NCBI GenBank assembly: GCA_040954595.2
Contig: CM082578.2
Span: 6,743,519 to 6,807,518, forward strand
Direction of reading: 5' to 3'
DNA length: 64,000 bases
Source: Balanoglossus misakiensis
Taxonomy: Eukaryota; Animalia; Hemichordata
The position numbers and the translations under genes were made by a program. Positions 48,201-63,617 of the stretch are shown here, piece by piece (within the stretch, counting starts at the first letter, position 1; each line of letters starts with the position of its first letter). The notes under the pieces were generated by a model. That model ran no database searches. It was not told the DNA's origin and saw only the letters and a list, made by a program, of their open reading frames with translations.

Positions 48201-51200
48201 GCGTCTTATTTATGGGAATTATCTGATACAAGTGAACGTTTCTCAAAAACGTAGCCCACGTTCGGGTGTAATGAGTGACGTGTGTGCGAGTTCCGCACAC
48301 CCCCGCATCTCCCGACAACAGGCTGGAAAATGGCGGCGGTGCATCTGCGGGCTCCGATTATCGGGGAAATCTGAAAACGTGTCGCTCTTAGTGACCGCCG
48401 TAACGCGTCTGATATACTGGCGATAGCGACCGTGTTTTATACATAGAAAGTGGTGGGACTATACTCTCTTGAGGCTTAACAGGAATAAAACGGTCACTCT
48501 GACGTGTTTTTTTTCTATTCCCTCTCACTAAGCTGTGAGCTCAGTTACAGCACATACTATCCCTTAAAGAGTCAAAAGTTTTACAAGGAGAGCGCGCTTA
48601 TGACACACTTCCCTGTCTTAAGATAGAGTGGTCTCCAAGTGCCGACAATTCAGAACGCTGACGTCAGCAGAACGATATACTAGTCTAGTAAGGTCTTCTC
48701 TCTATTGTCCATGTGTGTTTTCACTGAAGGGACAGCTTCATCGTCGTTTTGACAATGAAACCTCTTTTTTATATATTTTCTTTGAAGTTGCATTTTTCTA
48801 ACCCCCAGAGACATGCTAAATCGTCGATTTTCAACACCACAGATGCATGCGCATGGAATCATATTGTCATTCAATGTAGAATGCAAAACAATCAATGTGA
48901 TTTCTTGTACGAAGCATACATTTTGTCGTCTAATAATGTGTACGGTTACATTAACTAGCCAGGGTGGCACGTTTGGAACACAAAATACCAAATATTCTAC
49001 ACGTTTTGATTTCTAGCAAACAAAAACAGCAGATAGCGAAGTATTTATATACGGTGGTCAATGAAGGCTTCTCGGATGATATTACTCAGTGACCCCCATC
49101 ACACAGATTGCACATTGACGGGATCAGACAGTTTGTATGCCCTGCGGCCAATCCAAGCCGAAGTTGAGAGAGCGCCCGCCTTAGTCCCTACGTGGTGTCG
49201 TCTGACTATTAATAAAACCCCGTTGAAGAAACGGCATGAAAAATCGAGATATCGAGACAAGAACTCACCGGTGTTTCAAGGTGGCGGGTCCGGGGTCGAC
49301 ATTCGGCGCACCTGACACGTCTTTCCTCCCGGCCGTGATGTGGGTTAGTGTCCGATCCATTTTTGGTGCACGCAGCCTGAAAAGCGGCAGAATTCGCCGC
49401 GCCCAGTCGCCTGGATCCACGCAGTCTGTGTGAGCCCCAGCGTTACAAATTAACCTGGAATCAACCTGTAATGGAAATTAAAGGAATAAAACGGAAATAT
49501 CAATCGGTGGCATGCAAAGCACAGAGTCTGAAAAAAGCGCTTGGCGACAGGTGCATGGTTTGGCGATTTGATTCGCTTCCTTCACTTTCTTGCAACTACA
49601 AAGTGTTAATGTAAATGTTGTCCTAAATACGTCTGTCGAATTTTGGATCTTTCCAAGCTGAGGACAGATGGCACAGAAAATGAAAAAAAAATGCACGGGG
49701 GACATTGGTTCCCATTACAAATTAGTCAAGCAGCAATTCAGCAGAAAGTGTTATTTTGACGCAACTATTTATGTCCAAGCTGGCATTATAGTTTTCCCCA
49801 AGTACCCTTTATTTCAGAATTAAGAATATCTTATCCCGTGACAATTTGCATTGTATTTGAAGAGTGGTCCGGACGAGAATTTGACTTTTGATGAGAAAGG
49901 AAAATCGACTCTTCATTTATACTAATCTCAGTTTCTTCCAGCAACTAACGCCATGCTACCTTTACCTTCAAATTCTCGTTGCAACAGTTATGAGCGATTG
50001 AGATGCGCCAAATAACAATGCCGTGGAACGTTTTTTATGTGCGGGCTTTTCAAATGAATTGGGTGGCCCTTCACTCACACAACATCATTACACCTTTCCG
50101 TCCGAGCATAAAGAACACGCAGTTGACACCGTTACGTAATCAAATGTCAGTCAGGAACGCGGTATGGTCACTTCTCAGCCGCTGTGACCAGCAACACTTC
50201 AAAGCTGAATATTCATGACTTGACTTTTTTTAGAAAATTAGATTCGTATAACCGATCCTCGGTTTAACGCGGGTACCTGACAGAGCGCGCGCGCGTCACT
50301 ATCGCGCCATTTAGGTGTGAGAAGTTTGATTTGAGCGGGAAGCTAATACGGGTTATCTACGAGTGTTAAACAGGGATGATATGAGCATCGAAGGCGCCAA
50401 TTTAATTGGAACATTTATTCTCTAGTTCTTGGGAAGGGCGATAATATCATAAATAATTACGCTATGGCGGTTCGTGTTACAGATACTCGAATATCATCAA
50501 AGTCTAACATGTTAGCGTTAAATGAAGGGTTAGGTGTTAAGCTTGTCCTGCGGTAATTTTACAATTAAGATATTGGATAATTTACTGGCTTGGCCGCCTA
50601 ACATATTGCAATGGTTTGAAACGAATGCTATCTCATGATTTGGCGCAATGGGTTATAATACTACGATATTAACATTTGCGGCATTTTGGTTGTGAAATTC
50701 GGGAGTAGTCTATGGTGCGCTGTAGAATAGCAACGGACCACTGAAGTAATAGCAAATGTCGGTTACTTCTTAGCGGGCTGACATTTAAATCGAAGTACGT
50801 TAGCGACAAACCAACGAAAGGAGAGACTTCAAACGAAAACTGCTTTTTTAATAGCGGATACCGTTGGCAGGACGGACAAGAGGGCGAATATACAAGAGTC
50901 AACTGTTGGCAGATCCGAAACAGACGGCGATCCAATCTAAAACTGTCGACCACACAGAGGGAAAAAAAGACCCGCATTATATTCAGACAACTTAAATATT
51001 TTTCATTCATGAATTTCCTTTTTATCATAATGATGAATACGAGTAGGACAGAATAATCCAGATGTGTTGCTAGTCAACTTTCGCGCCTTTTCTGTAGGCG
51101 TCACCACCCGTCCGTCTATGTTTCAGTCATTAACATGGTGTTTGCTCTTTTTATTAGTAAATGGGGGTATAAATACATTTTTCTTATAATATCGCGCGAA

Positions 51201-54200
51201 ACGATCAATCAAACATGCTGTACTGGATAATTTTTACAAATCGGGGCAAACGGAAGGCAGAGTTCAACAATATGAGACCTTTCTTAGGGGGAAATGAAAT
51301 TCCAATCTCGTTTGTGTATTTAGTGTATGACTAGACAAGACGAGGATCGAAGATTTAGTAGGCAATATGGCAAAGTGAGCATAGATGCATTTTAATGCAC
51401 AAGTTCAAGGTCGCCGCTGCACGGAAAATTAAGCCCATAAATCAAGCTATAAAAGTGAAATAAAACCAGCGCTTCTCGATTCCCGATCGCGGGTTAATCT
51501 GCGCGACGCGAAAACGTCGACACAGTCAACTCGTGTCGACGTTTACGCGAAGACACTACGGTTCCTGTGCGAACTGAAAAATCTGTTGGCGGCAAACCGA
51601 TCGATTTCTTGTTTGTGACCTTCACAGATCCGCGGTTTGTTAATTAGCATTGAACCGCGGACGCTTGTTTTTTGAGAAGACGTGGAGTCCGTTTAACAAT
51701 TGATGACGACGCTGTTTGACTTTAACGTTCCCTCCGAACCGATCCATCGCGGGATTTGTGTTTCGCTATACAGATTTTGACGGGCGCAAACATCGAAGAC
51801 GTGCGCGACTTCCGTGCGAGAAATGATTTAAAATAGCACGCGCGCGCATGTACATGCCAAATCCCTACAGCTGCCGCGAAAATCGCCACAACTGCTGCAA
51901 CGCTTGGGGTTCCAAAAATATCGATCGAGTGTGGCCAACCAGAAAATAATAAAGCAAATAAACCCGACACTTCAGTTGGTATTCACCCGCCGAAAAACAC
52001 GGGGATGGTGTTTACACTGGAGACATTATACTGTGGATCGGAACACAACCTACCTCACCGAGCTGTCTAATACAGCACATGACATCACAACAAACTGGGC
52101 GATTTTGCCCTCAAAGCTTAACAAATGCAGAAATACAAATTAAGTTTCAAATATTACACAGTTTGCATAATAACAATAGGGGTGTACAAAAGACGACACA
52201 ATAAAAAGGTAATTACAACAATATGGCGTCCACCTAATACGGCCTATGCGTTTGTCGTCATTTTTAATTATTCAAATAGATTAACATAATGGTGGGGGAG
52301 AAACTGTGGGGGTACACCGTTTGCGAATATTGAAACTGTACAATATGCCTTTTCATTGTACTACGCGAAAATGTCAGAATAGTAAGACTAATCTTGGTCC
52401 ATTGGCTTCCAGCGGTCTTGACAAACTTGATTGGAAACATTTGAAAACAGTTATCGATGAAAGGCCGGTCATACCATAAACTACAGTTGTGTATAATCGC
52501 GCCATCTTCTTACGGTACAGAAACGGAAAATAAATGTTACCACAGCGACGAAACCAACGACATACTTTGCGTTTAACTTCGGCGAAATGAAATGCTCCAT
52601 GGACCACCAGAAAGCATGGCTACCCCCTTCGAATTCTCTGCCCTTTATGCACGGTATAGCAAGTTGTCTCCAATTTTTTTCAAGACCATCGGAAACGTCC
52701 GGTCTATATTACATACTGTTACATGTGAAATGAGTATTAGCGGGCAAATACAAGAGTACATTTGTGTGCTTTTGTCACCGACAGTACTCCCGGCACTCAT
52801 ATAGCAAGTGTTTGTGAATTACTACTCGGTGAATTTCAACCACTTTCTCTGCCAGACGACTGTGTCGGACAAGTGCAGAAGGGTTGTCGTGTTCTTGATT
52901 CAGATTCTTTTCTTTGTGTTGATACCTTAAGACACGTGAGGCAACGTGAGGGATCGAGTGAAAGGGACATAAAAAACAGATTGATGCCTTTATGTCAGTT
53001 CTGAAGGTCAAGCGGTGAATGTTACCTTGCCGCTTACGGGCGAGGATGAAGAAACGCCACACCATGCAATGTTTTCAAAAAATGCTAAATGACTTCTAAT
53101 GGTATGTTTTCTTCCATAACCGATTTTCTTGGATTGCAAACTTCCTTTGAAAAGAATACATATCAGTCTCCGTCCCTCAGTCAGTCTCTCTCACCCTCCC
53201 TCCTCTCTCCTCCTCCTGTTTCTCTCTCTCTCTCTTAACACATTAATACGAGGGTTTGGAAAAAAGGGTTGCATTTATAATACATGTAGTTGATTAAATG
53301 ATTTGATATGATCAAATATGCAAATACACACTGAAGGAAAACAAAGATTTGTTGCAATACATTATCCTGGCAACGTTTTAAAACAAACAACTAACTGCAA
53401 GCCTGTAGAGATGCTAATGTTTTATTGTTCATATTTCCTTGTCGTTGGGGCTAGGGGCCTGCCGAGTTGAATGCGCCTAAGCGTTGATGTTCACTTTTGA
53501 GAAAATACCATTTCCATTGATATTAGATTTTCGTCAAAAACTCTTGCAGAAAAGATTATTTGAAAATAAAAGCATATGATTAGTACCAACTCCGACATGT
53601 CCACCCAAATGCATTGCAACGGCTGGTGCATGTAATACATGTAGTTGGACTATACTGGACAATAAAATACTACGTTATGCATTGTACTTGGGAGTTAGAA
53701 TACCAGAGAAAAAACAGCTCATAAAATATTATTACATGTATTCAGTTTAAATTTGATCTTAAGTATATGGGTTTTTGTAATTTGTAAACGTTGGAGTAGT
53801 TTATTATCGTGTTTTTGGAATATAACAATTACAAAAAAAAATGTTTCAAAACAGGAACAGAGCTCTGAGGGCAATTGAGGGAAATGGTCATAAAATGTAT
53901 GTTGATGAGTTATGTTTTTAGTTATCTCACAGACATGGGTGTGATTTTTACGACGAGGATAATCTATGGGGAAAGTTTATTTCCCTGTACATACTAGTAT
54001 ATAGTCTGACACCATGCGGGCCTATGATCTCGGGGAAACCGTTACAGGTGTCTCCAAACACTTGACGAGGAAATCAACACTTCTGGCGTTGCGATGCATT
54101 TTTGTATTTTGGGGGGCAATTACGGTTTTCACGTGAACTTTTTTGGTCTTTATCGGTGCATTTGCTTTGACCAAAGGCAAAGACGGGGGGGCTTCGGGAA

Positions 54201-57200
54201 TGAAGGTGCGAGCTGCGTGTACATAGAAAAATAGCGTATAGCAACACGGGGAACTCATTGCTCTATTGCGTGTTTAGCGAAGGGTGGGCCGTACGTTGTA
54301 GTACCGTGGCCATTGGTTGAATGCGCATATTAATGAAACTGGCAGCATTTGCCCGCGGGGTTCAAGTTGTCAACACTTGGGTATAAATAGGAGCCAGGAC
54401 ACAGTGCTAAAACATTGGCTTGTTTTCCCGCGGCGTCCAGTCACGGGGCGCGTCATTCGCGGAGCTTCGCCGGCGGGGTGTCATTCTCTCACGCGGCTGT
54501 ACATGTTGGAACGCCCAGCGCGTAATTGTTGGGCTCCCGCCATGTTTCTCTCCACAGCCCTGCCAGCCAGTTATGCAAACTGGGCAAAGCTATGCATTGT
54601 CTTTGCATACCACGGGAGTTGTATGACAAGCTGCTTCAACAGGAGATTACGGGCGAAAAAGCGTCAAATTGAAACGCTATGTTTACTGTCCCGGCGGCGA
54701 GTGAAGTAGGTCGAGCATGATGGAATCACTGCTACCTGTATTACGCACTCTGTTCCTCGCTGCCTCGATCCATGCACAAACGCGTTTAATTTGCGGAAGA
54801 GTTTCGTCGCGTTTCGTTATTTCCCCCCGTGCAGTTTTGACAGTGACTCGCACTCGGGTAATCACTTCAATTTTGAATAAAAGCAAAAAGGGGATAGAAT
54901 TGCTTCCCTTTGACGAAAACAATAGACCGCTGAATAAGCGTAGCATTCCAGCGCTGACTGCGCCGATTTTTTTAGGGACCGTGTTTGAATCGACGGCCAG
55001 GCTTTCCTCGGATTGCCACGGTAGATTTGCTTCGCTTATCGTCTTTCAGACTCGCTATACACTTATTCATTCAGTTCAATATAGTTTACAGAAAATCTAA
55101 TCACAGATGCCTTTCCCCCTAATTTGTAAAGATAACAAAATTTGACGGCAGTGTATTCAAAATTCAAATTAAAAACGGCAACACGCATGCAAAGCTACAA
55201 GCTGACTCCGCGATGGCCACTCAAAATTCATTGTCGAATTTCGATGTCCGCCGATGTATAATCATGTTTTCCCGGTCTGGTTGGGGCAATTTTGTGAAAA
55301 TTCCTTCTTGTGGGTGATAATACATAGGAAATGAAGGACGCCCATGTCGAGTGGAAATCCCAGACCACGGGAATGTCAACCACGGTAACGAATTCAAATA
55401 GCTGGATGCCGCGTGGAATCCATCAGTTCTTATATCATTTCAAAATTGGAATACCGTCTCTACTTTTCCTCTTAAGCTTGAGGTCACCAAAAAGACGTCA
55501 AAATGTATAATTTTATCTCGCCGCTCAGTGACATGGTCTGTCAGTGGGTCATTTCTACACCTGGTCGAGTTTTGGTTCGGATACCGCGGCGTGAAAGGCA
55601 TGCGGCACACGGTCGAATTTTGTAGCGATATTATATTTCATCATACCGTTTAAGTATATCGTTAAACATATACGATTTGTTACATAGAGTTTCCATGGCA
55701 GCAGAAAGAGGAGAGAAAATGTATCACTGATGCGGGAGCCTTCAATCTGGGAGGCCAAGAGGACAGCGTGGCATCAGCCTCGTCACTGTCACCGTTTTCT
55801 AGGTCAGTCGGGCGACCGACAGAAACGGAGAAATGCGCCGGTTTTTTGCAACTGAATAAACCGCGCTCGGAGACCAGGGCGTGACGTTCTGACCCGTGAT
55901 TACAGTCTCACAATGTGCTCGAGATGTCCTCCATGAACTGCTCGGAGTGTGGAGTTCTCTTCTAACCGGGGGTTAAATAAATAAGGTGCTGACCTATGCA
56001 AAGGAGATGCCGTTATGCGTTAGCCAGCCGTGATGGACACGGTGAAGAGCGGATTACAACGCGACCTCTTACCTGTTACGGCTTGACTATACTTGGCACT
56101 TCATCTCTTGTTCCGAGGATTCACACCATCCGTGGATATATGTCCATCTCCTGGCGACGCACCCTTTCTTCGGAGTGCGGCTTTCAATAGACGGCTCTCT
56201 CTGCGGAAAGAAAAACGGAAGCCCCACAAATGCAGCCGCCATGACGGACAGCACAGGGCTTCCCATCACGCTATCTGAACAGCTGTATCGGACAACGTGG
56301 CAGATCTGCCTCCTGTGCACATGTACGGGAATCGCGGCCTCCACGTTGAAACGCGCCTGCCTGCCACCACAGTGCTACCGTGTTACGCGTTCCACTGGAA
56401 ACTCCCTTTGATTGGGCAAAGGGATCTCTCGGCGGCCCGTTGCCCATTTGATTTTGTTGCTGTTGCCAATCGCCTGGAAGGTTGAAACAGTGTCTTCTGG
56501 AGCGACCTAGGGGGGATACAGCGCATCACAATGCCACTAACGAATTTTTAAATAGCATAAGCTAATGCCAGCGCGCCGGTGATATATATTTACACCGCGC
56601 GTTCATTTGCATGTGCGGATGCCAGTTGATGCCGTGCTTGCGCGTGATTGTATTGGGGGGTTACATAAAAAGGTGAATCGCCACATACGAACCAATTGCC
56701 TGCTCTTATTGGACAACACTTTGGCGCCATCGTGGGTTAAATTTGACTGAACTGGCTCGTAAAAAAGGGGGGCGAAAATCCTGACATCAGCCCCGGTTCA
56801 TCAGACAATGAACCCCTGCGAATGACTTCATAGATTATACATGCGGCCTTTGCATTTTGATACAATGGGCCATCACACCCGAATTGACCAATTCAAGTGT
56901 GACGTTTGCCCCGGCCCATTCACTGCTAAGCTAAAGCAACAGGGCCCCATACAAATGTTTATTCCGATCTTTTTTGCCGTCAGACTAAAATAAGCAAAAG
57001 ACTCATGCGTGTTCAACAAACACAAGTGCCGGTACAGGTTACTAGAGTAAATAAAAGGCCCCGTGCATAAAGCATACTCCAAATTGATTCCAGCTCTCCA
57101 GCGAATTTTTTTTCACGTTAAACACATTACGCCCATTGTCTTTATGATAAATTAGGTACCTCAGCTTTCTTTGAGACTAATCGTTAGCAATTGTCTCCTG

Positions 57201-58128
57201 TCCCTTTGTCAGTTTTTCGCGATTTTAAATATTTGAAGCACCCCATGCTGAGGGGGGCATTTCCCTCGTCAATGGGGGGGGGGGGGATTGCTACCCACTC
57301 ACACGGTCCACGATACCAACTGCAAAACCGACTCGCGCGCAACAAGGGGTTAGGGCTTCCTCCCCCGACCTGGTTAAACCGTTAAGGGTAATTTCTCTTG
57401 GTCCTCCCTGACACGACGAGATTGACTGGGATGTAAAAAAGTTACTTTTATCAACATTAAACAAAACGATATTCATTCAATATTTATCCGAGTTTTCACA
57501 AAGGAGGAAAAACTCTCCTAATGGAGGCCTGCATGAAAAGCGTGGATGATTCATATCGTACGATTAAAAGCACAGCGGAAGTTTCCAGACAGGTGCCGCA
57601 AAATCGGCTCACCGCAAAAAATTTCGCGCCAACCGTGTGGCAGCTGCGGGCATTTCACCCGACTAACCCCCACGATTTCTGACAATTATACAAAATTAAT
57701 TGATCGCGCCTATGATTCTACTTAGATAATTGTTGAAAATGCAACTTTCCATCAGTGTTTTTTTTTCTCCCCACTTTTAATACAAAACTTCTGTTTTCCT
57801 GTTATTTCACTGTTTGCCCTGCCATGTCTCAGCCCTCGAAGTTTTCCCTTTGATCACAGAATGTCCACTTTCTGCGACGTTCATCGATTCCAATCTCAAC
57901 ATCGACCAAACCCCGACATAACCGAGATAAATTAGCAACCGCTTTCTGAACGCAGCGATTTCGATTGTTGACCGAAGAAAAGCGGGAGGTATAAATGGCG
58001 CCATTATCGCGACCAGTCCATCGTTTTCGAAGAGCCGCTTTGTTTCTTAATATCACCCACCAGAAAGTAAATATGCATTTTCCCGCCAAAATCGGCGGAC
58101 TAAATGAAAAGCTAAGTACATGTCGCGA

Positions 58129-58448
58129 TAAGGGCCGGTATTTGTAATTTTTGTAATATTTCCCATTTTAATCTGTTCTGTAAATCTACCGTGGATTCTG
58201 CTTCGTCTTCCCAACATAGCCCATGTATGAATAATTGTGATTGTTGAAAAAAGGACTCAAGTCCGGACTTGAATGAATTTGTCAACAATAACAACGGTCA
58301 CAACACGTATATATGACTTGTCGATGAACGGAAAACTGAATATTTGGCGTACTACAGGGAGGTGTTCAAGAAATTGCACTTGGATTTGGAACACAAAACA
58401 AATAATACTGAAAATAGCCAGAAGTTAAAGATACCACCTGTCCTTTAA
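58129..58448. mobile_element. Kolobok/T2-like MITE (family B, second copy)
   Basis: Shares tttgtcaacaataacaa and gaaaatagccagaagt...cctttaa with 11779-12016; left end taagggccggtatttgtaatttttg. Confidence 0.5.
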
Positions 58449-61400
58449 AACGAAAGTGTGCCTTTCCTCACTGAGCTACTTGCAATAGGCGGGACACTAT
58501 TGTCGGACAAAAAAAAAGGAATTTGGCATTCCACTGAGGCTGACCATGGTCCGGATGTTATCAGCTTTCCCTGATTAAATTTAACTCCAATCGGACGAAT
58601 TGATGCCAGTTGAAATTTTTAAGGATAGGGTTCTTAAAAATGGCAGAATGTCATTTGGATCCTATCAGCTGTCGTTGACAACTTCTGATATTTAGGGACA
58701 ATTATTATCCCAGTAAAAATGAGCTAAAATAATAAACGGTATTTTTCACCCTTCTCTGAGCTACAGGTGATTTTTTTTGCAATTGTATTGCCGGCTGACT
58801 ATATTAATTTGCATATTACGTACACAAGCCGAAAGAACCCATTGCGTCATCGTATTAGTTCATTTAGAGGGTTAATTTTGTTTGCCTTTCGTTTTTTTGT
58901 ACATGCAAGCGTGTAGTACTAATCACTTCAATAATAAAATTAAACTAGAAGAAATCATAATTTTCCCAATGAGACACTAGCTCATTAAGCAAAATGCTTT
59001 TAGATTTTTTTGGAGGGATAATGGATATAAGGTTCGGCGGCACAGATTCCATACGTTGGAAAATCAGTCTGACTCGAGCGTTGGCTCGATCGTTGTGTGA
59101 GTTTTTCATTAGATGATACGTTTTATTGTATCGCTATTATAGGTTGGGGTTGTAACCGCTGGAAAGCCAAACTTGCATATGCGTGTCATGAATCGCATTT
59201 TTTAAAATGAATTAATTGACTGCGGCTATAAATTATTCATGTCGCCCGATGCCCCGGCTTCTGCGCAGCTACTGAAAGTGCGCACGTTCGCATCTACATG
59301 TTTCGCGGCGCGAGGAATGCCATGGCGACTGACGCAGTGTTCGCCAATCTGGGTCGCCTTGGCGACGGGAGTCGGGTCCGGAATCCAGATGGACGCACGC
59401 GCAAGAGCTTGAATGCTAAGTTGAAAGTTGGCGCCCAGATTCAGGCGGAGCTGATGCTGCCGCGATAAATGAAGTGTCGTCAGAATAAGAAAACATATCA
59501 ACAAAACTGATCTCAAAATTATCAACTATTTTTAATATGACGCCCGGCCCCCTTTTTAATAAATAAAAAATCCTCCACCGATTCATAGCTACTCTCTCCG
59601 CGATCCTCACCCTGTCTTACACCACTGTCTCTACCTGCACTGATCTCACCCCCGACCCCGGTCACGGAGGGGCAGGTAAATACTAGCCTTGTAATTGAGT
59701 GAATAAACGTTCAGAAGACACGGAGGGATGAGCCAAATAATAAAACAGACACGGGGGATAAAATGTACATCTCTGGCCATGTTATGGCGTGAGCGATGGT
59801 AACATTAATATTACAACTGGAAATCCTAACGGTGCTCGGTCGTCATTACCTCTGATCAAGGCACGTGATTGATGATCTGAGAGCTTTATGTGACTCGTAA
59901 GATCGCGTGAAAACGCAGTAATGGCCCAATATAAACCAAGCATATGGTGGCAGTACCAAAAACATTACGACTATCCATCCATTCCTTCCGTGTCGCAATC
60001 GGCGCGCGGACGGCCGCCGATGCTGTGCACGTCACGTCAGCGGGCCCCCGGAAGCCGCACAAACCACAAGCGTGCCACGTCGATAAACGAGATTCGTTTT
60101 TGTCTTCTACAATTAGTCCAATGAAAGGGACTGGAGACTAATGTCTGGGAAAATATGTCTGCCCGATGATGCGAGCGTCCATTCGCATCTTACCATTAAT
60201 TATGAATTTACCGTAGCCGAAAATTCACATTTAATGTTTGGAGGTTTTATATGATGTTCGACAGAAACAAGAGAGACAGATAGATATCTAGACAGACGGA
60301 CAGACAGACAGATACAGAGAGAGGGAGACAGAGAGAGAAATGGAGACAAAGAACGATATTAGTCACTGATAAAAAGATGACAGCCCAGAGAAAGATTTTA
60401 ACCAGGCATTTGAACTGTTTGATGTGCATGGTGAACAGATAAAGGCAGAGCGGCGATTATCAGATAACTAATATTAGATGAAAACGCAGGAAACGAAGAG
60501 AATTCATAACGCTGTGCGGTATAGACAGTCAGGTGAAACATACCGGGAATAAAAGCTACGTCTATCGGTGAGCGCACCCTCTTATTAAGTGGATGGTATG
60601 GAGCGTTTACTGAGATGGGCGAGAAGAGAAACAAACGGCTCGTGGTGATCCCTCCTCCGATTGCCGGTGGCAACGCGCCTGGCACGCGGCTCTGCAAGAA
60701 ATCCCGAACGCGGAAGCTTTCCACCCAACCGCTAACTAATTAATGAATGCACTCTCTGTAAATTGGAATAATTGCCAGGCAGGGCACGCTGGAGCTATAA
60801 AAAACACACAAGCGTCAATATCGTCGGTGTGGTGTGACTCGGCATGGCATGGCATGCGCGGGGTCATCACGTGGTGATTCTGTAGTCTTGCGTGGAGGGA
60901 AGACAAACGGATATGACAGTCAACAGCTGCGAGACGCGGCGTTGTCGATGCATCACCGAGGTTCGTCATCATCATCCCCGGCGGCGCGGTGGTGCATGCA
61001 CGCCCCCTGGGTACAAAATAAACCGAAACAGGTACACGTCATCGTGTATTCACGAACTGCACTAGCTCGAAAGTCTCCCATGACCGATACCGAGTGACAC
61101 ACGGCCTCCCCTGGGTACGGCGCCCACCTGTAAACCCAGACCGCCGGACAGAACGTGCCGAACGCGAGAGAACTTTACATTTACGTGAAAAAAAAATGGG
61201 AATCAGCAGCCATCATGTCCGCATACATGCATTTTGAAGTACATGGGTATGATTTTCAATCGAGGGTTGGGGCTCGCTGGAATTTTCATTCACCCGGTTG
61301 CCTACAATCAGTATCATAAAATTATTAGACAAACATTTGGAAATGGTTGTCGTGTGTGTATTTGAGTTCTTCGCTTGTTTCCCAAGGAAAAATACAGAAC

Positions 61401-63592
61401 ATCGTTATTTGTTTTTAATTATTAATATTTCTTGTTGGGGCTACAAGCGTAAAATAGGTAGAAACGTTTTCTCTCGACAGTAACAGCCTTGTACGTTCTA
61501 TGGTGACACTTCTAGAGGACAGAGAAATCTCGATCACATCACGGAGAGCAACTTCTTTTGAAAGTCAAGGAGTGCAAACTACGAACACCTTGCAAATTAT
61601 CACATTGTTCTGTGGCATGTAAGCTTTGCATAAAGCACTCTAACAAACGCTAGTCAAAATTCCTGAAATACTAAACTGTTCCGTAGCCGTTGTCGCTTGA
61701 TTTGCATACAGTGAGGTCTTTTTTCGTCCTTTCCCAAGAATTGATTTAACACTACACCCCAAACATGTGTCAGTGATGGTACCTGATATTTGTTTCTCTT
61801 GGAAGACATCTTGCGGTCGTCTTTAATGTTGACTTCCCGCCAAGGACCAAGGTGATACTAGAACCGCAATATATAAATGTGGGAATTCTGACGCCTCTAG
61901 CCTTATCATCAGAAAATTCACCACTTCTTTATATGTTTTTACTCTAATGGTGAAAGCCCGTTGAGAAACTATAAGGAACAAAGTCTTCGGGGGCGTCCAA
62001 TTGACTTGTCTTCTTACATTGTCTTATAATATTTAAGAGACTGCAGATCTTTTTAAAAAATCCCAAGAAGCCGTTCTTTATTGCCTGTAGTCTCTTAGTG
62101 CTCAATGTTTTCACAGAATTGCCTTTCTCACGGGAAATAAACAAAATGTTGAATATGTCGAGAGGTTTTATCTCAGATTATTAATGTGAAAGAAAGACAT
62201 TGCAGACCTGAATTACCGGTGTACCGGTGTGATTTTAATCCCCACTTTGATTTTTGTGTCTCTCTATACGAATAAGGTTGCATACGCTTTGTTTGATATC
62301 CAAAATATACGAGCGTGTAAAGACAATATGTCGACATAATCCAATGTTCGTTTAGTTTCGTTGTAATTTTGTTTAGTCACAAGAAATTTTACAAAGAAGT
62401 GATTCGATAGTAACTCATCAAAGAAAAGTTATACATGTACTGAAAAAGAATCACCAGGGAAAATATGCAGACGTTTATACTTTTTTTTGTAAAGATTCTT
62501 ATTGGAATCTAGTAAAGAGTGTACAAAAAATCGCATGTTACAATTTGCCAATGTTGAGACAGACACTGAGGAAATATCTCACGTCACTGCAAAAGTTAAA
62601 AGCAACAAACTATACGGTGTTTAAAACTATTATGATTTGATAACAGCAGTATCATGTTTTATTTTACTGGTCGATATTCCTCTTCGAACAACAAGACGAA
62701 AACGCGAACAAAGAACCACAGAGCGAAAAAGCGAATTTTTGTACAGCATAAAGGGATTACAGGTGCGTGGAGACAAAACACGCCGAGATGTCGTCTCGAT
62801 CTCGCGCGCGCGGCAAGTCGGGATTGCAAAAGGCCGCGAAGATAGTGAGGACTGGACAAACCTTTGCCGCCTTGGATAAGTGCCCGATCATCTAATTCAA
62901 TCAGCGATAATAGGCGGTCTTCGTCTGTGGCGGAAACACTACTGTACGCGTCAAATACAAGTTGAATTGTGTTGGATTCCGTTGGAACGGCGCATCGGAA
63001 GTGTCTAATGACGCCCTGGCATCTAAAAAGTAGCCTAATAATACTCGCGTCGGTTTCCGAAATGTTTGGGACAGACGAAATACTAGTAACTAAAGGGTGG
63101 TTATGCCAGAACAACATAGCAATGTTCTTTGTTTGCTGCCTTCTTATCGATGCCTGTCGTCAGACAGCCTATACATATTGTAGCTCTGGTACATTTTTTT
63201 TATCTCCGAGTATGGACGGTTTCTTTCTTCCATGTTTTAAACATGGTTAGCTGCAGCTAGCTTTTCTTAGATATTTCCCTCCAAATGTTCTTTCCTCGGC
63301 CCGCGGGAGAAATGATACTGTACAAGGTACAAGCGAACAATCACCGATAATCAGAAGCTTTCAACATTTCCAGGTTTGTAGCAACAAGGCACTTGAACCA
63401 GAAACACAGAGGTGCAAGATGTTTTCGTATTTCTGTCCCCGGACCCAAAGGCTTTCAGTAGTGTAGGGTTCAACCTGTTGAAATCAGACGACTGCAGTGA
63501 CCACGCTGTGCAAATTCTGGTCACTTTTCGCGCCAAAACCTACCGTGTTAACGAATATATTTGCAGCAAATGATCGCATTTATAAACTAGTA

Positions 63593-63617
63593 CATATATA
63601 TATATATATATATATAT
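63593..63617. repeat. (TA)n microsatellite
   Basis: catatatatatatatatatatatat. Confidence 0.9.

Noticed and set aside
51507-51549. Short palindrome cgcgaaaacgtcgacac...gtgtcgacgtttacgcg
   Set aside because: ~16-bp stem with no recognisable element context; plausible by chance in CpG-rich DNA.
56091-56125. CTTGGCACT, resembling the 5' end of miR-263b/96
   Set aside because: No similarity beyond the seed and no complementary arm.
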